This document shows, one piece after another, positions 1 to 9,400 of a stretch of 32,000 nucleotides of DNA. The notes below the pieces were generated by a model. That model saw nothing but the letters and a program-made list of their open reading frames with translations, ran no database searches and was not told the origin of the DNA. Made by a program: the position numbers and the translations under genes. Source of the DNA: Raphidiopsis brookii D9. GTDB taxonomy: Bacteria; Cyanobacteriota; Cyanobacteriia; Cyanobacteriales; Nostocaceae. The first letter of the stretch is position 1. Each line of letters opens with the position of its first letter. Where the stretch lies: the NCBI GenBank assembly GCA_000175855.1, contig ACYB01000035.1, forward strand, positions 420,001-452,000. Direction: 5' to 3'.

Positions 1-105
1 AGGGAAATGCGATCAGACATTAGGGAAATGCAATCAGAAATTAGGGAAATGCAATCAGAAATTAGGGAGATACAATCAGAAGTAAGAGAAATACAACTGG
101 ATGTG
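1..105. repeat. 21-bp tandem repeat, 5 units (1-21, 22-42, 43-63, 64-84, 85-105); units 2 and 3 are identical and a degenerate sixth unit runs to 126
   Basis: Direct reading gives agggaaatgcaatcagaaatt repeated head to tail. Each unit encodes one heptad of the partial CDS. Confidence 0.85.
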
Positions 106-177
106 AGGGGTTTACAAACTGAAAATCGCCGCATTTTAGATGTTCTGCAAAATGTTCCACCAGATAAATATGAGTAA
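1..177 (+). CDS. 3' end of a heptad-repeat (coiled-coil) protein; partial, the start lies upstream of the window
   Basis: Frame +1 is open from base 1 to TAA at 175-177. It translates to REMRSDI REMQSEI REMQSEI REIQSEV REIQLDV RGLQTEN RRILDVLQNVPPDKYE, with strict 7-residue periodicity. Confidence 0.5.
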   Translation, partial: REMRSDIREMQSEIREMQSEIREIQSEVREIQLDVRGLQTENRRILDVLQNVPPDKYE

Positions 178-183
178 GTGGGC

Positions 184-1131
184 TCATAGAAGATGCAAAA
201 CCGCCTTACCAGCAAAACTTCTGTCCATCAACTTTTGTGCTATGTCGGCAATTTCGTTCCATGACGCTTCTATCTCAATATGGGGGCGTAATTGGGCAGA
301 TTCCACCAGTTCTAACAACCATCTTAGCCCTATAGCCGCTGGTTCTTGTTTTAATTCATGGAATACTATTAATCCATATATATTCGCACCACCAAGAGCA
401 TAAAGACTGCCTGCATTAAAAGTTACTTCCCTTCCCCCAGTAGTTCCAAATACGACAGCTGTTCCATTAGTGTCCAGAAAATTGAGAGCTTGACCAAGAA
501 TATTACCACCTACAGAGTCTACAATTAAGTGATAGGGTCCATATACTTGAGCAGAGGAAATGTCGTCACCAGTAACCACGTGACGAGATCCCGCTTGTTT
601 GACTACAGATTCATACTTAGATTGTCGTAGATGGGCAACCACTTTTGCTCCGCTCAATCGGGCCAGCTGAATGGCAAAGTTACCAACTCCACCAGATGCA
701 CCAGTAATTAACACAGGTTTATTTAGTAGAAAACCACCTTTTTTCATGATATGGTAAGCTGTTAAACCTGCTATCGGTAGGGTAGCAGCTTGGGTAAATG
801 ATACAGAGTGTGGTAATTCGGCCAGAGAATGGGTGGGTACTGGGACTAACTCTCCCCATGCACCACTGGAAACATAACCTACCACCCGTGTTCCCACACC
901 AGGACCAGAACCATCAGTAGCGGATTTTTCCACAGTACCAGCTAAATCCCAACCAGGACGCCAACCAGGGGTAGCCGTACTAGCACGTCTGAGTTCACCG
1001 CGATTTAATGAAGTTGATGCGACTCTGATCAAAGCTTCATTCCTAGTGGGTGTAGGTACTGGGACTTCTCTTATTGTTAAGCGCCCTGGTATATTAGGGT
1101 CAACTACAATAGCACGCATTCTATCACTCAT
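184..1131 (-). CDS. NADPH:quinone oxidoreductase / zinc-type alcohol dehydrogenase-like protein (MDR superfamily)
   Basis: 315-aa ORF with an ATG start (cat at 1129-1131). It has an N-terminal GroES-like segment and the Rossmann motif ITGASGGVGNFAIQLARLSGAKVVA typical of zeta-crystallin-type quinone reductases. Confidence 0.85.
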   Translation of the reverse strand: MSDRMRAIVVDPNIPGRLTIREVPVPTPTRNEALIRVASTSLNRGELRRASTATPGWRPGWDLAGTVEKSATDGSGPGVGTRVVGYVSSGAWGELVPVPTHSLAELPHSVSFTQAATLPIAGLTAYHIMKKGGFLLNKPVLITGASGGVGNFAIQLARLSGAKVVAHLRQSKYESVVKQAGSRHVVTGDDISSAQVYGPYHLIVDSVGGNILGQALNFLDTNGTAVVFGTTGGREVTFNAGSLYALGGANIYGLIVFHELKQEPAAIGLRWLLELVESAQLRPHIEIEASWNEIADIAQKLMDRSFAGKAVLHLL

Positions 1132-1136
1132 ACTCT

Positions 1137-1152
1137 ATTATACTATATTATA
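1137..1152 (-). promoter_or_regulatory. Two TATAAT -10-like hexamers (minus strand: 1147-1152 and 1137-1142) inside a 10-bp x3 AT-rich tandem (1131-1160), directly upstream of the oxidoreductase ATG
   Basis: The minus strand reads ttttgagtaatagTATAATatagTATAATagagtATG. The proximal hexamer ends 5 nt before the ATG and no Shine-Dalgarno sequence is visible. Confidence 0.3.
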
Positions 1153-1175
1153 CTATTACTCAAAAATAAGATACA

Positions 1176-2552
1176 TCATTTTTCATTTCTTGCCAATTTA
1201 TTTGGTATTCCTTCACAACCACCAGGTATGGTAGTTCTGGATTTCTCTCCACACCAAGCACAACAATAGTAACGGGTTGATTCTGACATTCTTTGCACAC
1301 CAGTAAAATCCACGTTCTCTACCACTGCTCCCGTATGCTCCCCTGTTTGATAGTTAGGAGGTTCAGTACGACTGCGAGGTGAAGCTTGCTCTGCTGGTCC
1401 ATAAAACAAACGAGTACCATTTAAATCTGCTTGGCTAATATTTGCCTCATATAGTATGGCACGAGATAGGTTAGCCTTGACTAAATCGCAACCACTTAGG
1501 TTAGCATGAACTAAATTCACTTCCGTTAAGTCTGTCCAGCGTAAATCAGTATTTGATAAATCAGAACCCGCTAACATTACTCCTAAATCTATAACCCTGG
1601 TTCCATATAATCTGTCTTCAGCATAACCACCCATACCATCAAGAATGGGTCTACCTAGACGACGGTCACGTTGTAAAGGAGTGAGGAGTTTAGAGCGAGA
1701 CAGAAATCTGAGTATTTTGGCTTTTCCACTAGCATCTACACTACTAAGAATTGCAGAGGTGCGCCCTTCTGCGATCGCTCTTTCTTGGGGCCAATCTTCT
1801 AATAGTCCTTCCTCATCTAAGACTAAGTCAGAAATTCCTTGAAAGTAGGAATCTATGGTTTGTTGTTGGGTAATAATATTTTGCTGAACGGTCAGTAAAT
1901 TTTGTTGAATAGTTAGATCTTTGGAAATTATATATTGTCTCCAGGCCACGTAAACGGCAATTATGGCTATAAAAATTTGACCCAAAGCTCCAAACCAATC
2001 CGCTACACTGCCTAAAATATCCCAATTAATTTTCTGAGTTCCCTTGATGAGAACATTACCTAAACCAAAGAATTTTAAGCTGCCAATAATGGCAAATGTA
2101 AGGGCAACAAAACCTAAAAAAACCTTCTGATCTTGCGGAGAAACCCACTCTTTAATAATTGCTCTTAACCAGGGTAAAAGTAGTTTTAAGCATAGGAAAA
2201 TAGTCAATATGGTGCTGATGACACCGAGAAAACGATTATTAATAGTCGCACTGATAATAGTTAAGGCGATCGCCAGGAGGGTAAAGATAAAATCTTGAGA
2301 ATTAGCACCAGAGGTCAGGGTAGTGTTGTGAGAGAAAATAGAGGTAGATTTTTTGAGAAAATTGGTATATTTTGGGGATTGTAAGAAGGAAATAGCAGTC
2401 AGGGTCTGTTGAGCAAATAAACGTTCTGAAGCCAGTGTATTTTCACCCGCCTTACCATCAAAATCATCTGGATGTAATTGATGATCTACTAGATGGCTAC
2501 CTGATAAACTCTGAGAATCAGGACTTGAATTTGAACTTGAATCCACACTCAT
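1176..2552 (-). CDS. Membrane-anchored pentapeptide-repeat protein
   Basis: 458 aa with an ATG start. Central hydrophobic helices (FIFTLLAIALTIISA, VISTILTIFLCLKLLL, FLGFVALTFAIIGSL, FGALGQIFIAIIAVYVAW) are followed by a pentapeptide-repeat block (DLSNTDLRWTDLTEVNLVHANLSGCDLVKANLSRAILYEANISQADLNGTRL). The tail is Cys-rich (YYCCAWCG...GGCEGIPNKL). Confidence 0.8.
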   Translation of the reverse strand: MSVDSSSNSSPDSQSLSGSHLVDHQLHPDDFDGKAGENTLASERLFAQQTLTAISFLQSPKYTNFLKKSTSIFSHNTTLTSGANSQDFIFTLLAIALTIISATINNRFLGVISTILTIFLCLKLLLPWLRAIIKEWVSPQDQKVFLGFVALTFAIIGSLKFFGLGNVLIKGTQKINWDILGSVADWFGALGQIFIAIIAVYVAWRQYIISKDLTIQQNLLTVQQNIITQQQTIDSYFQGISDLVLDEEGLLEDWPQERAIAEGRTSAILSSVDASGKAKILRFLSRSKLLTPLQRDRRLGRPILDGMGGYAEDRLYGTRVIDLGVMLAGSDLSNTDLRWTDLTEVNLVHANLSGCDLVKANLSRAILYEANISQADLNGTRLFYGPAEQASPRSRTEPPNYQTGEHTGAVVENVDFTGVQRMSESTRYYCCAWCGEKSRTTIPGGCEGIPNKLARNEK

Positions 2553-2635
2553 TACTTGCTCAAACCTCAGAAAACATTAAATGGTAAATATATGGAGATA
2601 AATAGTAGATAATGTGCCCCATTCCCCCATCTTCA

Positions 2636-3682
<1,047 letters not shown>

Positions 3683-3924
3683 TTAGATTTAATTGTAGCA
3701 AGAAGTGCATCAAATGTAAAGCCTTACTATATGGGAAGCGAGCTTCCATCCCATAATTTCCGATCATTCATGTAAAATTATTGACTAAATACAATAAAAA
3801 TGATATTGTTCCTAATGTACCTTTTAGGTGTTTTTAATAGTTTTGTTTAAATCTTCATTTTTCAAGGTAGAAAATAAAAGATAATTAGTCCTATTATGGT
3901 TGATTTAAATACCTCATTGGCTGA

Positions 3925-4719
3925 TTGGACAATCATAAAATTATGCTAGGAGATGATATTTTGCGTAGTTGTAGTATGGTTATTTTTCGACGCTTGATTA
4001 CATCTGGGCTGATTGGTTTCCTGGTAAGCAGCTGTGCTGACGCAGCCAAATCTTCTACGGAATATACAAAACAAATTGTTCAGGAAAATAACGTAGCACG
4101 ACTGATGGCACAGGTTCAGGATAGCCAAAAAGTCTCAAATCTATTGAGTCAGGGCAATGGTTTCCTAGACAGTGGACGCTATGAAGAAGCACTTCAGCTC
4201 TATAACCGGGCAATTGAAATTGAAAAGGATAGCGTACCGTCATGGGTAAATAGGGGAAATGCCCTACTCTCCCTAAAACGCTACCAGGAAGCATTGGAAT
4301 CTTATAACCAGGCGATCGCCCTTCGTCCTAACAAAAATGAAGCCTGGTACAATCGAGGTAATGCCCTATCAGCATTAGGCCGTTACGAAGAAGCAATAAG
4401 GTCTTATAATGAGTCCATAGTGATTGACCCAAATAAATTTGAGGCATGGATAAACAAGGGAATTGCCTTGACAAAACTACAACGTTACCAAGAAGGTTTA
4501 GCATCTTACAACCAAGCAATTAGCATCAACCCAAATTTTCCCACCGCATATTATAATAAAGCATGTAATTATGCTTTACAGAAGCAGGTAAACCTAGCAG
4601 TGGAGTCATTAGCTAAAGCTATTAAGATAGACGGTCAAAAATACACTCAATTGGCACGGGTAGATAAAGACTTTGCTAAGATTAGCGATAACAGGGACTT
4701 TCAAGAATTACTGAAATAA
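3925..4719 (+). CDS. TPR-repeat protein, probably a lipoprotein
   Basis: The longest ORF starts at TTG 3925. ATG 3943 or ATG 3976 are more likely starts. The 3976 start gives MVIFRRLITSGLIGFLVSSC, with an n-region, an h-region and a lipobox-like VSSC. About five 34-aa TPR units follow (AxxxYNxAIxxxPxxxxAWxNRGxAL). Confidence 0.8.
   Translation: MDNHKIMLGDDILRSCSMVIFRRLITSGLIGFLVSSCADAAKSSTEYTKQIVQENNVARLMAQVQDSQKVSNLLSQGNGFLDSGRYEEALQLYNRAIEIEKDSVPSWVNRGNALLSLKRYQEALESYNQAIALRPNKNEAWYNRGNALSALGRYEEAIRSYNESIVIDPNKFEAWINKGIALTKLQRYQEGLASYNQAISINPNFPTAYYNKACNYALQKQVNLAVESLAKAIKIDGQKYTQLARVDKDFAKISDNRDFQELLK
4634..4709 (+). repeat. Left copy of the 76-bp direct repeat; it forms the functional 3' end of the TPR gene
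   Basis: gtcaaaaatacactcaattggcacGggtagataaagactttgctaagattagcgataacagggaCtttcaAgaatt matches 12878-12953 at 73 of 76 positions. Confidence 0.9.
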
Positions 4720-4918
4720 AGGCTAGAGTGAAAACCTACCTACCCTGCTTATTAACTGGTTTGGTTGAGTCAGTTCGATCTATAATAGATAAAGGGATGC
4801 GGGAGAGAAGTCAAAGCGCTAGGAGCACTCAACCAGTTAGGTTTACAGACGTCCTTAGTGCGACACTGGTTATGTAGGTTTTTTTCTCCTAACAGTTTAT
4901 TAAAGGTTCAGTCATCAT

Positions 4919-6352
4919 CTAGCTATCAACAATTGTATCTGGTAACTCCTCTTCTACAAGACGCAGATGGGGATAAAAATAGCAAATAAAAGTAAAAAGG
5001 ATGCTAAATAGTCCCATGATGACAAACATTAAACCAATACCGCGACCATGGCCAATACCAATTATTTCTCCGATGGTGTTTGCTGCTGGTCCGTCAGCTT
5101 GCATAAATGGTTCAAATAGTCGATCAGCTAGTGGTCCTGCTAGCAGAAAAGAAAGGGGTAGAAAACCTTGAGTAACTGCTATGCGGAAGGCAAAGACTTT
5201 TCCTTGCACTTCTGGAGCAACTTTCTTTTGATAAATTACTTGGATTGCACCATTAACAATGGGGACCATAAAAAATATAAAGAAGTCGGAGATGGTAAAC
5301 AGAATTGGGTTAGGACGTAACCCGGCTAAAATATAGAATATACCTAAGAAAAACATTGAGATAAAGATGAGGTTCATTTGGCGCTTTGGTCCTCCCCAGA
5401 TGCTGATGATAAAACTGCTAACTAACATTCCAGAGCTTGCTATGGAAGAGATTGTACCTAGTGCTTCTGTGGAAGCAAAGGAAAGGACTAGAGGTGTGGT
5501 GAGAGCTTCAGCACCACCAATAAGAAAGTTGGTGATTGCAACAAAAACCACCAAGCCAATTAGTCCAGGTCTCTCGATAAAATAATGCCATCCAAAGGAT
5601 AATTCTTGCCAGAATGAAGAGAATAAACCAGCTTCCTCGGTTTCAGTTTCTTTGGTTTTAACTTCACGGAAATTCACCACTAATAAGCAAAGCAAGGCAA
5701 AACACAAAGTAGATAAATCAATTAGAACTACTCCGGGAATTTGAACATTCACTAAGAGTATAGTTGCTACCACTGGCGAGAGAATCTCTGCAACAGCTAA
5801 TCTAATTTGCGTCATGGAACTGGCGCGACCCAGTTGTTCTTTTGGGACTAATAATGTGGTAGCTGAAGAATAAGCGAGGGCTTGAAATGCACTAAAGCTA
5901 GAATTGAAGGCACTAATTAGACACAGAGTCCACACTTCTAGGTGGTTATTCATAAATAACCAGGCAATGGTTAAGGTACACAAACCAGCACAGAAGTCAC
6001 TAATAATCATAATCCAGCGTCGGGGAAAGCGGTCAACAACTACTCCCGCAATGGGAGAGATAACAATCGTAGGTAAAGTCGTTGATAGAATTAGGAGGGT
6101 GAATTGGGTAGCTGAATTAGTATGCTGGTAAAGCCAAATACTTAAAGCAAAACTGGTCATGCGAGAGCCAACCAGAGATAATACTTGACTAATCCAGATG
6201 AGGATAAAAACGCTCATGCTGGGAGCTTTCTCTGTTTCCTGATTGGAGAATTCTCCAGTCCACTTAAATAAAGATGATGCAAAACTGGGTTTTTGTTTTA
6301 ATTCTGTTGAGTCTTTATCTAACATAGCAACAGTTATTACTGTATATTTCAA
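4919..6352 (-). CDS. MFS transporter (DHA3 / EntS-like efflux type), co-oriented with and 53 bp downstream of the NRPS
   Basis: 477-aa ORF that is hydrophobic throughout, with about 12 predicted helices. FILIWISQVLSLVGSRMTSFALSIWLY resembles the TM1 signature of NRPS-associated MFS_3 exporters, and VVDRFPRRWIMI resembles the loop 2-3 motif. The start is uncertain: TTG 6352, ATG 6325 or ATG 6217. Confidence 0.8.
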   Translation of the reverse strand: MKYTVITVAMLDKDSTELKQKPSFASSLFKWTGEFSNQETEKAPSMSVFILIWISQVLSLVGSRMTSFALSIWLYQHTNSATQFTLLILSTTLPTIVISPIAGVVVDRFPRRWIMIISDFCAGLCTLTIAWLFMNNHLEVWTLCLISAFNSSFSAFQALAYSSATTLLVPKEQLGRASSMTQIRLAVAEILSPVVATILLVNVQIPGVVLIDLSTLCFALLCLLVVNFREVKTKETETEEAGLFSSFWQELSFGWHYFIERPGLIGLVVFVAITNFLIGGAEALTTPLVLSFASTEALGTISSIASSGMLVSSFIISIWGGPKRQMNLIFISMFFLGIFYILAGLRPNPILFTISDFFIFFMVPIVNGAIQVIYQKKVAPEVQGKVFAFRIAVTQGFLPLSFLLAGPLADRLFEPFMQADGPAANTIGEIIGIGHGRGIGLMFVIMGLFSILFTFICYFYPHLRLVEEELPDTIVDS

Positions 6353-6405
6353 TATTTTCAGTTAGCAAGGCAATTTGGCAATTAAAAACAGCTGTGGAAT
6401 TGTAA

Positions 6406-9400
6406 TTATCCAATTGGGCTGTTTGGATGTTGAACAAGTTTTTGGAGAATTTCTTGGTAATAACTAAACATAAACTCGATGGCATCATCTGTAAATAGCT
6501 CCCTGCTGTAGAAAACCTTAATTTCCATGGTGGGATTATTTACTGAAGGTGAGGAAACATAAATCTCTAAAGGAATTTCTTCATCCCACAAGCTGCGATC
6601 GCGCTTAATTGATACAAATTCAAAATCCAACATCCGGTTGTGCCAATTTTGCGGAGGTAACATAGTTAGGGATGTAGAGATATTCAGTGGTTGTTTACTG
6701 GTAACAGTGTCAATGACTGTTTGACAAGCAATTTCTTTATTGTTGATTGCTTCCATTAGGGTTTGTTGGACTTGTTGTAGAAGAGTAAGTCCGGTCTCTT
6801 CAGATGAGAAATGAGAGTGCAAAATTACATCTTTGATGAAGCAACCAAGCATTGTTTCAGTTTTCACTGAACTACGATTACCAACTGTTGTGATCACTAA
6901 AATATCGTCTTTCCCACTATAATTAAACAAAAGTATATTCACAGCAGTGAGGATAATCACAAAGATAGTAACTTTTTGCTCCAGGCTGAAGGCTTGAATT
7001 GATCTAACCATACTGACTGGTAAAACTATGGAATAAACAGATGCACTGCTACTCACCTGTGGTGGAATGTTAGAAACATTATGAGATATTGGTGAGGTAT
7101 TGGTTAATTTCTCTACCCAATAAGCCAACTGCTTTTCTATTACCTTTTCATTAAAGCACTGATGTTGCCAGAGGGTAAATCGGCATAATGACCATCCATC
7201 CGTAATGATATGGTGCATGTTTATTGTTAACCAATATTCCTTTTGATTTACTTGCAATAACTTTGTCTTAATCAGAGGAAGTGAACCTAGATCAAAATGA
7301 TGCTCGTATTCCAACGCAGCGAGTCTCTCAGCTTCAGATGTTCTTTTTGTATTAGGCAAGTTTTGTAAGTCTATAATCTCTAGTGGTATAGTCAGAAGTG
7401 GAGTAATTACTTGTACAGGTTGACCTTCTACTAGAGTAAAAGCCGTGCGTAGTATTTCATGACGACGAATTATTTCATTGAAGCTAGACTCCAACACAGT
7501 TGCAGAAAGAGAGCCTGTAAAACGTAAAGTAACAAAGCTATTGTAAGCGTAATTGTCAGGAGCTAATTGCTGTGAATGCCATATAGACTCCTGTGCAAAA
7601 GACAGTGGGATATATGTGTTTCGTACTTGAGGGATAAGAGGTGGTAAGGTGTCAAACGTCATGCTACCTGCACTCTGCTGCTCTACCTCCAGCTGATGAA
7701 CATTGATTACTTGGCTAAGTTGAACTATGGTGGGTGCTTTAAATAGAGAACGCAAGGGAAGTTCGAGGGACAAACTTTCCCGAATTCGAGATATTACAGA
7801 TGTTGCTAATAAAGAATGTCCTCCCAATTCGAAAAAGTTATCATAAATCCCGACTTTTTCCAGACCTAAGACGTTGGCGATAATATGGGCAATGGTTTCT
7901 TCTGTGGGATTTCTGGGAGCTACAAAGACTGTTTGAGGATTGTCTACTATGGGTATAGGTAGGGCGCGACGGTCTATTTTTCCGTTGGGATTCAGGGGAA
8001 AGGCGTTGAGGATAACAAATGCCAAGGGAATCATATATTCGGGCAAACGTTCTTTGAGAAACTGACGCAACTCACTACTGCTAAGGGTTAAACTTTCACT
8101 AACAATATAAGCAGTGAGATACTTATTGCCTGGATTATCTTCGCGGACAATTACTACTACCTGCTTCACTTGGGGATGTTGGGTTAATACTGTCTCAATT
8201 TCTCCTAATTCTATGCGGAATCCACGAATTTTAACTTGGTGGTCGACGCGTCCGATAAATTCAATGTTTCCATCGGGTAAAAAGCGTGCCAAATCCCCTG
8301 TTTTATAAAGTCGATCATTTGCTACAAAAGGATTAGGAAGAAATCGCTCAGATGTCAATTCGGGACGATTTAAGTAACCTATTGCTAAACCTGTACCTCC
8401 AAGGTAGAGTTCTCCAGACACACCTATGGGAACCGGTTGCAGATGGCGATCTAGAATGTAAACTTGGGTATTGGCGATCGCCCGACCAATGGGAACTGTT
8501 TTTGCTTTTGGTTCTATTTGCTGGATATAATAACAGGTAGAAATGGTTGTATTTTCAGTAGGTCCGTAAGCATGCAACAATTTTTGAGGACCATCTACTG
8601 CTAACAAGTGTCTCACCCACCGAGTATCAACAGCTTCACCACCAAATAATAAGTAGTGTAAATGTCGAAATGCCATCGGTACTTGTTGCACCATTTGGTT
8701 AAATAGTGCGGTCGTGATCATCAAGATGGTAATACCCTCATTTTGTAAGCTAGTGGCAAAATCTCGTGGTGATAGTATGGTTTCTCTATCGAAAATTGCT
8801 ACTTTTGCACCATTGAGTAATGCTCCCCAAATTTCACAGGTAGCAACGTCAAAGGAATTATTAGAAACTTGTGCAATTACATCTGTAGGTTGCAAGGTTA
8901 TATAGTCAGTATTGACTACTAATCGCACCACCCCGCAATGAGGAACCATCACACCTTTAGGTTGACCCGTTGACCCTGATGTGTAAATAACATAAGCCAA
9001 ATTATCTGGGGTAGTATCGCAGTTTAAGTTCTGTTGGTTCTTTTGGGCAATGACGGACCAGTCCCGGTCTAAACAAATCTGCTCAACATCAGTCAGTTTT
9101 CCCCCTAGCTGCTGCTCTGTCAAAATCAAAAAGGCTTTTGCATCCTGCAGCATAAATGCCAGGCGATCGCTCGGATAGGTGGGATCTAATGGTAAATAAG
9201 CACCTCCAGCTTTCAGAATCCCTAGCATGGCGATGATGATTTTAGGCGATCGCTCTAAATAAATTCCCACCAAAGTTTGTGCACTAACACCCAGAAACTG
9301 CAAATAGTGAGCTAGTTGATTAGCTCGATTATTTAACTCCCGATAGGTAACTTGTTGATTTTCCCATTGAACAGCGATCGCATTTGGTGTCCTTTCTACT

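Noticed and set aside
1-126. The short regular repeats at the window start could be a CRISPR array.
   Set aside because: The units are contiguous with no spacers, only 21 bp long, in frame, and translate to heptads. This is a coding tandem repeat, not a CRISPR array.
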